The position numbers were made by a program, and so were the translations under genes. Below the pieces are notes generated by a model. The model did no database searches. It had not been told where the DNA came from and saw only the letters and a program-made list of their open reading frames with translations. From the NCBI GenBank assembly GCA_963669175.1, contig OY769902.1, positions 3,712,001 through 3,776,000 of the forward strand: a stretch of 64,000 nucleotides of DNA. The letters run 5' to 3'. Positions within the stretch are counted from its first letter, which is position 1, and each line of letters opens with the position of its first letter. The stretch is from a bacterium. GTDB lineage: Bacteria; Electryoneota; Electryoneia; Electryoneales; Electryoneaceae. Shown here one piece after another: positions 10,083-20,476 of this stretch.

Positions 10083-11273
10083 TTATGCGGGCTCTGCTGC
10101 CGGGACTTTGATTCGTATACACACAAAAAAACCGGCCACTCCAAATGCTGCCGCCAGGAGGAACACCCAACGGAAGCCAAACGCTTCCCAGATATAGCCG
10201 GATAACACCGGAAGTGTCATCGCAACAGCGTGGTCTATGGTAATCCCCATGGAGATGGTCGGGGTTATGTCCTTGGGATCATCTGCTATTTTCTTCAAGT
10301 AGGTAGTACGTGCCACTCGCAATGCGAAAAGCACACTGTCAAGGACATACGCTCCATACAGCACATACAACGACCAGGGCGCGGGGAATAGATCTGTTGC
10401 AAACGCATAGGCGAGGCAGATCAGAACCAGCAGCACTTCATCAGCGGTAAGCACTGCCCTCTCCCCCAGCCAGTCGATCACTTCTCCCAGCAACGGACGG
10501 AAAACCACCCCAAGCGTAGCGGCGATGAAGTACAACAGGGCGATGGTCGATAACGGGACACCATGAAGCTCGACCAGCACATACGCCCCAAAGGCAAGAA
10601 ATATTTGCTTTCTGACCCCGAAAAGGGCGCTGATGGCATAAAACAGGTTGTATTTTTTTTTGTAAACGATCCTGCGGGAACGTGGCTCCCCTTTCCCGAT
10701 CTTCAGGAACATGAAGAACAGTCCGGCCAGCAAGGCAGATCCGCCGGCGATACCGTAGAACAAGCCGTACTGGTCGCCAAACAACTTCGCAAGCAGGAAG
10801 ATGATCCCCACGCCGATAATAGTACCAAGGTTGCGTGCGCCGCCAAACTGTCCCAGACGTTTCCCTTCGCCGCCTGCACGTGACAACCGAAGCCCAATAG
10901 GCCCTTCTACGGCAAAGATTACATGATCACCAAGCGACCAGATAACAACCCAGATTACCAGCATGGTGATGCCGGGAGTCAGGAATCCGAGCCCGAAGGC
11001 GCCAAGCGCCGTAGCCAGCATGGCGATGGCCGCCATCCTGGTTTCACGCAAGAAAGTCAGCATGAAACCTGCGACAAACATGATGAAGAAGCCGGGCAGC
11101 TCTCGTGGAAATTCGAGCCAGCCACGCGCCTCCGCGTCAAGATTATGTATGTCGACCAGGTAGTTGTTAAGCGTGGCGGTAAATATCCCGGAGGCCGCTC
11201 CGAAGAACAGAGTCGCCAGCAACGCAAGAATCAGGTCTTTTCGGACTTCCCGGGTCAATTCTCCTCCAAACAC
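10083..11273 (-). CDS. MFS transporter
   Basis: ~12 hydrophobic segments; G..ID..GER loop motif. Confidence 0.85.
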   Translation of the reverse strand: MFGGELTREVRKDLILALLATLFFGAASGIFTATLNNYLVDIHNLDAEARGWLEFPRELPGFFIMFVAGFMLTFLRETRMAAIAMLATALGAFGLGFLTPGITMLVIWVVIWSLGDHVIFAVEGPIGLRLSRAGGEGKRLGQFGGARNLGTIIGVGIIFLLAKLFGDQYGLFYGIAGGSALLAGLFFMFLKIGKGEPRSRRIVYKKKYNLFYAISALFGVRKQIFLAFGAYVLVELHGVPLSTIALLYFIAATLGVVFRPLLGEVIDWLGERAVLTADEVLLVLICLAYAFATDLFPAPWSLYVLYGAYVLDSVLFALRVARTTYLKKIADDPKDITPTISMGITIDHAVAMTLPVLSGYIWEAFGFRWVFLLAAAFGVAGFFVCIRIKVPAAEPA

Positions 11274-11519
11274 ACTTGTAAAAGGCTATATTACAAGTTA
11301 AACAACTACGCTTAAAGTGTAGCATTATCTCTATAGTCGGTTTTTAGTGGACAATTCTGGATTTATTTTCTGATTTTCATTGAATAGCCATGATTTTTGA
11401 ATTGTCACTCAAAGTACTTTCTCCCGGAACTCGCAAGCAACCGGGCCAAAGCTGTTGCGCCTCGGTAGTTTCTATGCTTTCATTCCCATATCCCCGCTGG
11501 ACTTATGTGTGGAGGAACG

Positions 11520-12119
11520 ATGAAGCTGGCACGTTGGATGATTGCTCTCTGCCTGGCAGTATTTCTGTCAGACATTGCGGGAGCAGCGGTGGTACAAGGC
11601 AGGGTCACATTGGCAGCCGACGGCTCCCCTGCCCCGGGTGTTGATATTGAGGTGTATCGTAAACCCAAGCTGCATGCGACAACAGATGCAGCAGGGTATT
11701 ACGAGCTTAAAGGCTTACGGCAGGGGATTTATTCGATTTCCTGCAAACCGCAAGGCTATTTGTCTTCGCGCGTCCGTTTCAGCATCAGCCAGGCGGACAC
11801 CTTTACCATCGATATGGAACTGGTTGCTTCCGCAGATGCCCGCACCTCCAGCTCGCAAGCCTCCCTTGAGGTCATTGTGATCGGCGGTTCCCAGGCTAAG
11901 GCGATATCAGGCGCAAGCATCCATCTGGAAGGGCCATCGTCACGTACTGGATCGAGCAACGGCAAAGGCATTTGCTCGATTTCAGGTTTACGGCCGGGAA
12001 CATATTCGGTATATGCGACACATCCATCGTATGGTCGCACAGATGCGAAAACGATACAAGTGCCACCGGGTGGGATAAAGCTGGACACGATCCTGCGTTT
12101 CTTCCCGGATTCGGAGTAG
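11520..12119 (+). CDS. Exported protein with two carboxypeptidase-regulatory-like (Cna-B-type) domains
   Basis: GGAGG RBS before ATG 11520; signal peptide; 'TTDAAGYYELKGL..GIY' and 'SGLRPGTYSV' repeats. Confidence 0.75.
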   Translation: MKLARWMIALCLAVFLSDIAGAAVVQGRVTLAADGSPAPGVDIEVYRKPKLHATTDAAGYYELKGLRQGIYSISCKPQGYLSSRVRFSISQADTFTIDMELVASADARTSSSQASLEVIVIGGSQAKAISGASIHLEGPSSRTGSSNGKGICSISGLRPGTYSVYATHPSYGRTDAKTIQVPPGGIKLDTILRFFPDSE

Positions 12120-12148
12120 AGTAGTTTCGACAGGTTAGTACTTTTTAC

Positions 12149-13264
12149 ATGAATCCACTACGTTTTTTTCGCGCAGTAAACCCGGATAAGACGTTACCGC
12201 GTCATCATCCGCCACGCATCCTGGCGGTCCAGATCGCCGGAATTGGTGATCTGGTCCTTGCAACACCAACTCTGACAGCGCTTCGGGAGCGCTTTCCCGA
12301 CGCACGGATTGATGTCCTGACTTCCCCCCGTGCGGTGGATCTGCTCCTGGGACACCCTGCCGTGAATCGTATCCTCGGCTTTGATATCGAACGGTTTCGT
12401 GATCCACGTTCCCTGAAACAACCGGGCACGCTACGATCCCTGCGCCGTGAGATTATTCCCATCAGGGAAAACCGTTACGACGCCCTGCTCAGCTTGAATA
12501 ACATCTCCACCACTCGTGGCGCATATACCCTGGGCTTTTTGTTTCATGCGCTGAATATCCAGATGTGGGTTGGCAGGAATACGGATAAACGCGCTCCCTA
12601 TTTCGACCGTTCGGTAAAGGATATCAGCGCTGCTCCGGTCCCGGAAGCCATTTCCAAGCTTCATGTGGCAGGTTTGTTGGGTGCCAGCTTGACATTGCGC
12701 CCTCTTTCCCTCGGGTTAAACGATCAGGACATAAACTTAGCCAAATCTCAGCTTGTCCATGAAGGACCGTGGGCCGCGATCCAGCCCGGCGCAAATGTGC
12801 CGTTGAAAATGTGGCCCCCGGAACGCTTTGCTGAAGTCGGACGTTACTTGCAAACCAAAGGCTTCTCGATAGTCATTCTGGGTGGCCCGGGTGATGCAGA
12901 AACAGCACAACGTGTCTCGGAGGGGCTCGACACGCCCGCTTTGAATCTGGCTGGCCAGTTATCACTTCGTGAAACAGCCTCTGTTTTAAGCCTGATGCGT
13001 ATCGTAGTAACCAATGACACCGGTCCAATGCACATCGCAGCGGCTGTTGGAGCGCCGTTGGTTGCTGTTTACGGACCTTCGAATTCACGTCGATATCGTC
13101 CATGGGCGCCCAAGGAACGGTTCAGGTTACTGCATCACCGTCTCCCCTGCAATCCCTGCGATTTCAGGCAATGCCCCATGGAAACCTGGTGTATGGACCT
13201 GGTGCGTGTTGATGATGTGATCGAACAGGTTGACTCGCTGCTGGAGGAGTCGTCCTGTGAATGA
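12149..13264 (+). CDS. Glycosyltransferase family 9 (LPS heptosyltransferase-like)
   Basis: GIGDLVL, PGA...K.WP.ERF, NDTGPMHIAAA. Confidence 0.92.
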   Translation: MNPLRFFRAVNPDKTLPRHHPPRILAVQIAGIGDLVLATPTLTALRERFPDARIDVLTSPRAVDLLLGHPAVNRILGFDIERFRDPRSLKQPGTLRSLRREIIPIRENRYDALLSLNNISTTRGAYTLGFLFHALNIQMWVGRNTDKRAPYFDRSVKDISAAPVPEAISKLHVAGLLGASLTLRPLSLGLNDQDINLAKSQLVHEGPWAAIQPGANVPLKMWPPERFAEVGRYLQTKGFSIVILGGPGDAETAQRVSEGLDTPALNLAGQLSLRETASVLSLMRIVVTNDTGPMHIAAAVGAPLVAVYGPSNSRRYRPWAPKERFRLLHHRLPCNPCDFRQCPMETWCMDLVRVDDVIEQVDSLLEESSCE

Positions 13265-13976
13265 ACTGCTTTTTTTATTCTGGACCCTGTTCGTCATCTT
13301 TCTGGTGCTCGCCACATTTCGTTTTTATGGCCGCGCGGGATTATTCGGGATTATCGGCGTATATATTATCCTGGCCAACATCTTTGTAACCAAGCAGATA
13401 ACTCTATTCGGAATGGCTGCTACGGGGGGAAATTCGCTCTACGGCGGTATCTTCCTGGCAACTGATCTGATCAGTGAATATTACGGGAAGCGTGAAGCCA
13501 AGCGAGCGGTCTGGTTCGGCTGGTTCTGTGCGATCGGCTGGTTGCTGGCAACACAGATTTTCCTGGCATTCAAGCCTTCCGGTGAAGACTTCGTTCATGA
13601 GGCCATGAGTACCCTGTTCTCGATGACTCCTTCGATTGTTCTCGGGTCGCTGGTCGCCTACATCGCCAGTCAATCGCATGATATATGGGCTTTCCATTAC
13701 TGGAAGAAGAAGACTGAGGGCAAGAAACTCTGGTTGCGTAATAACGCATCCACATGGGTCAGTCAGCTTATTGACACATTGATATTTTCATTTATTGCGT
13801 TTTTCCTGGTCTTCCCTTTCCCTGTATTTCTCCAGATTGTACTTACAACGTATCTCCTTAAAATTATTGTAGCTGCTATCGACACTCCTTTCTTATACCT
13901 GAGCCGTCGGTGGAAACCAAAAGGGTTGCGGTCACTTCCACCGGACAAACGCCGTAAAACAGACAATGATTGCTGA
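13257..13976 (+). CDS. Queuosine precursor transporter (YhhQ/VUT family)
   Basis: FLATDLISEYYG, LWLRNNASTWVSQLIDT; GTG start after GGAGG, overlapping GT9 stop. Confidence 0.88.
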   Translation: MNELLFLFWTLFVIFLVLATFRFYGRAGLFGIIGVYIILANIFVTKQITLFGMAATGGNSLYGGIFLATDLISEYYGKREAKRAVWFGWFCAIGWLLATQIFLAFKPSGEDFVHEAMSTLFSMTPSIVLGSLVAYIASQSHDIWAFHYWKKKTEGKKLWLRNNASTWVSQLIDTLIFSFIAFFLVFPFPVFLQIVLTTYLLKIIVAAIDTPFLYLSRRWKPKGLRSLPPDKRRKTDNDC

Positions 13977-14228
13977 TTGATAGTTTTTGCTTAATCCCCG
14001 GTATCAGGCCGATCATAAGTTTTTCTATTGAATCGAAAGGTTTTATAAGGTACTTTTTAGATACCGGTTGGTAGAGATACACGATAACGGTTGACTTTGA
14101 GATGGCCCGGGTGCGGCCCGGGCCATATTCTTTAGTGCCTTCCAGGTTGCAGACACTCTCATTTCCTGCCGGATACTCGTTTACCTGGATAGATACAAGC
14201 AAAACCATTGCTCCCCGGAGGAAGCACG

Positions 14229-17200
14229 ATGCACAGGCGGTTCATCCTCTCGATCTGGCTGCTGGCCTTTTCCAGTTCGTTGTTATTCGCACAAACCCAA
14301 CTCCAGCGTGACGCCCTGCAGGATCTCAAGCAACGGATCACTGCACAGGAAGCACAATGGCATGGTCCGGCCTTTCAGCAATTGAAGGCAATGCAGTCCG
14401 GCCCAATGGGCATCTTGAATCGTGACCAGGATATTGAGCTGGTCGGTGTAGATGAAACCGGGCATATGCGTTTCCTTGAAACTCATAACCTTGTCTCGGC
14501 ACAGACTGTCAGCGCAGATGAATGCTGGCCCGGCGGGAACAGCGGTTATGATATCACAGGTTCAGGCGCGCATCTTGGCGAGGTCTGTGTATGGGATGCC
14601 GGTAGTATTCGCAGCACACATGTCGAGTTCGGAAATCGTGTCTGGATCATGGATAACAGCGACATGCATTACCATGCCACCCATGTTGGCGGCACGATTG
14701 CAGCGTCCGGCTTGAACAACGCGGCAAAGGGATTGAGCTTCGGGATTGACTATCTCTTCTCCTATGACTGGGACAGCGCCGAATCGGAAATGATTGACGC
14801 TGCACAGACATACTCAATGCACGTTTCCAACCACTCCTACGGTTATATCGCAGGCTGGCGCTACCAGTCAGATGACAATGCCTGGTACTGGTATGGCAAC
14901 GTAAACGTATCCGAAACGGAGGATTACGGTTTCGGTTTTTACGATGACCGTGCCGAGGCCTGGGATGAGATCTGCTATAACGCCCCGTACTACACCATCT
15001 GCAAATCGGCCGGCAACGACCGTGGCGATGGTCCCGGCGCCGGAACAGGACACTATGCAGAAATCAATGGCGACTGGGAATGGAGCACAACCACACGTGA
15101 ACGCGATGGCGGAAACGATGGCTACGATTGCATCGGGTATAACGGTAACGCCAAAAACATCATTACCGTAGGCGCTGTTGATGATGTTCCCGGCGGCTAC
15201 TCCACACCCGGCGGCGTAACCATGAGCAGCTTCAGCGGTTGGGGGCCGACGGATGATGGTCGTATTAAACCGGATATCGTTGCCAACGGCATCAACCTCT
15301 ATTCCACGTATTCCAGTGGTGACAACGAATACACATCCATGTCCGGCACTTCCATGTCTTCACCCAGCGCTACAGGAGCTGTAAACCTGCTGCTCCAGTA
15401 TTACAAGTCCACTCATGTCGGACAGGCGCCACGTGCGGCAACTATCAAAGGCCTGATCATTCAGACGGCTGATGAATGCGGCAACTACGATGGCCCGGAT
15501 TACCGTTTCGGCTGGGGGTTGATCAATGTTGAACATGCAGCGGACATCATTACGGCTGATGCTGCAGATGGCTTCAGTATTCAGGAAAATGTCCTGGATG
15601 ATGGCGAGATCTGGAATGTCACCTACACTTCGACCGGAGATGATCCCATTGCTTTGACGATCTGCTGGACAGATGTCCCGGGCAATTCTCCCGCGCCGGT
15701 GTTGAATGATACGACACGCATGCTGGTCAATGACCTGGATATTCGTATTGAAAATACCAGCACGGGAACCGAGTATTTCCCCTGGATCCTTGATCCGGCT
15801 TCTCCCACATCTGCTGCATCTACCGGAGATAATTACAGGGATAACGTCGAAAAAATCTACATTGAAAATCCCCAGGCAGGCGATTATCTCGTAACCGTTT
15901 CCCATAAAGGAACGCTGGAAACCGGTTCACAGGCCTATTCGCTGATCGTGTCCGGATTGGAATGGACTGAAGATCCTCGCATTCCTCCTTCCAACCTGGC
16001 GGCGGAAGTTGATTACGCCAACGGCGAAGTCACGCTTTCCTGGGACATGGAAGAACTGAACGATTTTCTCAACTTCCGTGTATACCGTAACCTCGAAGAT
16101 GTCGGTGATAGTGATGACAACGAGTTTACAGACCGTCTCGAAGATTTTGGCACCTACACTTACCAGGTAACGTCGATCTGGGATGAAGGCGAATCGACAG
16201 CGTCGAACGAAGTGACTGTCAATTACGCAGAACCCATCGCCCCTACAGCGATTCACGTAACCTGGAACGAAGAAACACCCGGCGAGTTGACCCTGAGCTG
16301 GCAACATATGGAACTGGAAGAACTGTCCTATGATGATGGTTCCTCGGAAGATCCCGTTTCATTTGTCACAACCAGCCCGGCCGGTTCGTTCTTCACCGAA
16401 CGCTACACCGCCACGATTCCCGGCCCGCTGGCCGAAATCGGCGCCTACCTTGGCGCACACGAAGTCAACGGCTTCGGTCCGGTCCGGTTTATCGTATTCG
16501 CTGAAGGTGAAACGGAAGAGCGTGGTGGCGACACCCTGTTCATCTCGGATTCCTTCACCCCCGATACCGAAGACTGGTATTGGATGAACATCATTGACGA
16601 AGGCATTGTGCTTGAAGAAGGTGAAGACTATTGGGTAGCGGTTTCCTGGGATTCGCCCGGGTATACAGTGCTGGGACGTGACACCAGCTCCCCGGACCGG
16701 GGACGCGGTATGGTCGTCGGCAACAATGTCTGGCTGCAACTCCCCAGCATGTGGGCCGGGAACCTGATGATCCGTTCACGCATCGGCCAGCCGCACGAAG
16801 TCGGTGTAGATGGCCTTACGGATTACCTGATTGTGCGGAACAACGAGATCCTCGCTGAGGTCACGGAAACTCATCTTGTTGACCAGCTTCCGCAGGCAGG
16901 CACGTATACCTATTCCGTTACCGCCCGTTATCAGCAGGGCCAGGAAACCGGCATGCCGCTTTCTGTCGAATGGAACGGCACCGACGTTTCCGAAAACGCT
17001 ATCGCCGACAACTTTGTTATTGGTGAAGCCTATCCGAACCCGTTCAATCCTGAAGTCAGTATCCCCATCACGGTGAATGCTTCCATGGAAGTGAAGATGG
17101 CGGTTTATGATGTGCTGGGACGTAATGTTGCTACGATCCAACGCCAGGTCGGCCCCGGTCTGCACCGGATGACCTGGAACGGGCAAAGCATGGCAGCAGG

Positions 17201-17267
17201 CGTCTACTTCATCCAGGTTCAGGCCGGTAACGTGAAAACCATGCGCAAGGTCGTTTTGATGAAGTAA
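14229..17267 (+). CDS. Secreted S8 subtilase with FN3-like domains and T9SS-type C-terminal domain
   Basis: Triad motifs VWDAG, HATHVGGT, SGTSMSSP; KPDIVANG; C-terminal YPNPFNP...VVLMK. Confidence 0.92.
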   Translation: MHRRFILSIWLLAFSSSLLFAQTQLQRDALQDLKQRITAQEAQWHGPAFQQLKAMQSGPMGILNRDQDIELVGVDETGHMRFLETHNLVSAQTVSADECWPGGNSGYDITGSGAHLGEVCVWDAGSIRSTHVEFGNRVWIMDNSDMHYHATHVGGTIAASGLNNAAKGLSFGIDYLFSYDWDSAESEMIDAAQTYSMHVSNHSYGYIAGWRYQSDDNAWYWYGNVNVSETEDYGFGFYDDRAEAWDEICYNAPYYTICKSAGNDRGDGPGAGTGHYAEINGDWEWSTTTRERDGGNDGYDCIGYNGNAKNIITVGAVDDVPGGYSTPGGVTMSSFSGWGPTDDGRIKPDIVANGINLYSTYSSGDNEYTSMSGTSMSSPSATGAVNLLLQYYKSTHVGQAPRAATIKGLIIQTADECGNYDGPDYRFGWGLINVEHAADIITADAADGFSIQENVLDDGEIWNVTYTSTGDDPIALTICWTDVPGNSPAPVLNDTTRMLVNDLDIRIENTSTGTEYFPWILDPASPTSAASTGDNYRDNVEKIYIENPQAGDYLVTVSHKGTLETGSQAYSLIVSGLEWTEDPRIPPSNLAAEVDYANGEVTLSWDMEELNDFLNFRVYRNLEDVGDSDDNEFTDRLEDFGTYTYQVTSIWDEGESTASNEVTVNYAEPIAPTAIHVTWNEETPGELTLSWQHMELEELSYDDGSSEDPVSFVTTSPAGSFFTERYTATIPGPLAEIGAYLGAHEVNGFGPVRFIVFAEGETEERGGDTLFISDSFTPDTEDWYWMNIIDEGIVLEEGEDYWVAVSWDSPGYTVLGRDTSSPDRGRGMVVGNNVWLQLPSMWAGNLMIRSRIGQPHEVGVDGLTDYLIVRNNEILAEVTETHLVDQLPQAGTYTYSVTARYQQGQETGMPLSVEWNGTDVSENAIADNFVIGEAYPNPFNPEVSIPITVNASMEVKMAVYDVLGRNVATIQRQVGPGLHRMTWNGQSMAAGVYFIQVQAGNVKTMRKVVLMK

Positions 17268-17347
17268 TCATCTGATTTGTACAGTGATCATCTGATTTGT
17301 ACAGTGATCAGTTGACTTGTACAGTGATTATCTGATTTGCAAAGTAA
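17268..17347 (+). repeat. 20-bp tandem repeat x4 (TCATCTGATTTGTACAGTGA)
   Basis: Starts at the base after the stop codon; two perfect and two degenerate units. Confidence 0.9.
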
Positions 17348-17359
17348 CAACTCTATTGG

Positions 17360-17389
17360 CCCCGCCGGCTTGTCCGGCGGGGTTTATTC
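17360..17389 (+). terminator. Rho-independent terminator
   Basis: CCCCGCCGG-cttgt-CCGGCGGGG followed by TTTATT. Confidence 0.8.
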
Positions 17390-17958
17390 TAAATAAAATA
17401 AAGATTTACCCATTATCCCCTTCTATTCGACAGTGATACAAAACTCTTCAGGTTCGACTGGCCCGATACACAATTATATCCGACCCGATGCGCTCAAGGC
17501 CTCATCTTAGCTTTACTACTTTATCAGCGTATTCCGGGATCAATATCAGTTGAAGCATTGCCACTTATTGCCACTTGCGGATCGGGCCAGCCGGTCTTTT
17601 TGAGAATTGCTGTAATCCTACAGCCCCCCTCGGAGCAAAATTGAGTATCCATACCCAAGGTTCATTTTCCAATATGGTCACAATCCCGACTTTGTCCATC
17701 AGAATCTGATGTGAGAGAAAGCTTTGTTTCTAATTCCAGTGCAACAAGATAACAACATCATCGCAAGGCAAAATCGGGCCAGCCTCGGAGGGTGATATTC
17801 ACCCGGGCGCCCTCCTCTTTGACGATTGCAAGGTAGAAAAATGAAAAATCTTTCAAACTTCCTTGTCATCAGGACTTTTTCCTCTTTAGTATAATAGAAG
17901 CTTGCTGATTTTATTAGTTACACCCACCTGCCACGAACAGTTGCAAAAGGAGGAAGCC

Positions 17959-20355
17959 ATGCGGAGCCGGATTCTTTTGGTCCCCTTGATGTGCCTGTTA
18001 TTTACTGTGCCCGCCCTGTCCTTCGAGGATGATTTCGAGGATGGGCTCGGGAACTGGACAGGAGACTGGCAACTCACCACGGAACAGGCCCACGGCGGTT
18101 CGTACAGCATCACCGACAGTCCGGGAGCTGACTACGCCGCCGACATGACCTACAACATCGAAATGGCCACAGGCGAAGACCTTTCTGACGCCCTGGGCGC
18201 AGAACTGTCATTCTGGGTACGCGCTGATACGGAAGCCGATTTCGATTACTGGTATCTCGATATCACCACCGACGGTGGCGAACAGTGGCACAACCTGTAC
18301 ACGGAAGCCGGGCAATTTCTGGAATGGCGCGAGATGACCTTCGATATCGGAGGCTATGTCGGCAATGCGGACGTCCGTGTCCGTTTCCAGCTTATTTCTG
18401 ACGGCGGCACTGAAGAGGATGGCCTTTGGATCGATGATGTCTCAATTATTGGCAACGATGAAGACACCAGCCCGCCTCTCATTGTTCACAGCCCCATTCC
18501 GGAAAACTCGGCGGTTGACGGTATCGCTTCGCTGACCTTCACTTTCCTGGATATCAGCGGTTTCGGGGATATCGACCTGTATTATACCGTTGATGGCGGT
18601 GATGAGGTTACAGTCTCGGATTACACGGTCAACGCAGAAGACTATACCTTTGAGATTCCCGTTTATCCTGCCGGTTCACGTGTTGAGTATTACGTGATCG
18701 CCAGCGACGGCGCAGAACCCGCAAATGAAGGAGAATACGGGCCATTCTCGTATTACTGCGGCACAATGCTCTGTTACGATGATTCTGATGTTGCCTTCAT
18801 CAATTCGCCTTCAGCCGATTATTCCTATACGACACAGTTCACAGTGGAAGAAGAGCTGTACCTGGTGGGCTTGTTTTTCCGCTTCTACATGGATCCCTCG
18901 CATGGCCTGGACTCGGTGGATGTGAAGGTTTGGGAGTATAACGATGGCGAACCGGGGGATGTCATTTATGAGATGGCACAATTCCCGGGCAACGAGGAAG
19001 GCCGTCCATATCAGCTAACTTTTGTTGATCTTCGCGATGCCATGATCCTGGTAACGGACGAGTTTTATGCCGGGTATACCAATCGTGCCAGTATCCCGGT
19101 TATCGGGTACACCTCCCCAGCGGTTTCAGGCCGAAGCCTGCAAAACACTGGTGGCACATGGTCTGATTTCTCCGGAGACCTGCATATCCGGGCTCTGGTC
19201 GGGCAACGTGAGCCTACCGAAGTCACCTGTGAAGCGATCCAGACTGATCCTAACCTCGACGGCGAATACATCCGTACTTCCGGCATCATCACCCTGGCCC
19301 CGAATACCACCTGGACTACTCGCACAGAAGCATGGATTCAAGATGAGACCGGGTATGGTGTCAAGCTGTTCCAGTTGGAACCAACAGAAAATGTATTCCG
19401 TGGCGACGAAGTTGATATTGTCGGCTTTGTTGACGAGTTCATGGGAACCACTCGTATCGTTGATTATACGCTGCAAGTGTTATCGACAGGGAATGATCTG
19501 CCGGAGCCACTTACCGGAACGACGGCCGAGATGGCCGCTTATGCAACCATGGAAGGAAGCTGGGCTGAGATTACCGGTATCCTGCAGGACGAGCCGCCTG
19601 ATCAACCAACCAGCGTCACACTGAATGTCGATGATGGGTCCGGACCGTGCGAGATGCGGCTCTTCGTGACATCCGAACTGGATTTGACCGGGTATGAACA
19701 ATACGACGGTATCACTGTACGGGGGCCGTTGTATGTGGAGGGCGATGCGATACAGATTGTCCCATCAGTGGATGCTGACATTGAACCGGCGGACGGCCTG
19801 GAAGCGCCTGTTTCTTTCGATGCGGTAATCGATAGTGTAAAAGGTGAAGTGGCACTGTCCTGGAGTTTCGGCTTTGTCGAGGGCTTTGAACGATTCCACA
19901 TTTTCCGTGATGATGAGTTGCTGGACACCCTGGTTGCGACCAGCTTCAGCGACACACTTACCGAACATGGGGACTATGCCTACACCCTGGTTGCCGAATA
20001 CATCAACGGTATGGCTGCCTGCCAGGATACGGTATTCATTAACTGGGTTGGCAGTAATGTTCCGGAAGGCGTATTCGCAGGTATCCCGGAAGAGTTCGGT
20101 ATTGCGGCAACGTACCCGAATCCGTTTAACAGCGCAGTCAGTGTGATGGTTGCGGTGGCTGATCCGTCCGAAGTTAAAACCGTGGTCTTCAACCTGCTGG
20201 GACGCAATGTGGCGACAATTCATTCCGGCCAGCTAACGGCAGGATATCACCGGTTCGTCTGGAATGCGGACAACCTGCCCACAGGTGTCTATTTTCTGCG
20301 GACAACGACGTCCAACGGTGAGAAGGCCATCAGGAAGATTACGTATGTGAAGTAG
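17959..20355 (+). CDS. Secreted multidomain protein (jelly-roll, Ig-like, OB-fold-like repeats) with T9SS-type CTD
   Basis: AGGAGG RBS; signal peptide; 'DGLWIDDV' jelly-roll motif; YPNPFN C-terminal domain. Confidence 0.8.
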   Translation: MRSRILLVPLMCLLFTVPALSFEDDFEDGLGNWTGDWQLTTEQAHGGSYSITDSPGADYAADMTYNIEMATGEDLSDALGAELSFWVRADTEADFDYWYLDITTDGGEQWHNLYTEAGQFLEWREMTFDIGGYVGNADVRVRFQLISDGGTEEDGLWIDDVSIIGNDEDTSPPLIVHSPIPENSAVDGIASLTFTFLDISGFGDIDLYYTVDGGDEVTVSDYTVNAEDYTFEIPVYPAGSRVEYYVIASDGAEPANEGEYGPFSYYCGTMLCYDDSDVAFINSPSADYSYTTQFTVEEELYLVGLFFRFYMDPSHGLDSVDVKVWEYNDGEPGDVIYEMAQFPGNEEGRPYQLTFVDLRDAMILVTDEFYAGYTNRASIPVIGYTSPAVSGRSLQNTGGTWSDFSGDLHIRALVGQREPTEVTCEAIQTDPNLDGEYIRTSGIITLAPNTTWTTRTEAWIQDETGYGVKLFQLEPTENVFRGDEVDIVGFVDEFMGTTRIVDYTLQVLSTGNDLPEPLTGTTAEMAAYATMEGSWAEITGILQDEPPDQPTSVTLNVDDGSGPCEMRLFVTSELDLTGYEQYDGITVRGPLYVEGDAIQIVPSVDADIEPADGLEAPVSFDAVIDSVKGEVALSWSFGFVEGFERFHIFRDDELLDTLVATSFSDTLTEHGDYAYTLVAEYINGMAACQDTVFINWVGSNVPEGVFAGIPEEFGIAATYPNPFNSAVSVMVAVADPSEVKTVVFNLLGRNVATIHSGQLTAGYHRFVWNADNLPTGVYFLRTTTSNGEKAIRKITYVK

Positions 20356-20416
20356 CGATCAGGAGGATCTCGACCAAAGTATACTGGTCATGATCTTTCA
20401 GGTGATATGAGATATT

Positions 20417-20451
20417 CAACAAACCTCGCCGATGTGGCGGGGTTTGTTGTT
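20417..20451. terminator. Bidirectional terminator
   Basis: AACAAACCTCGCC-gatgt-GGCGGGGTTTGTT between convergent genes. Confidence 0.75.
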
Positions 20452-20476
20452 ACCAGTATTTCCAAAAGACGATAGC

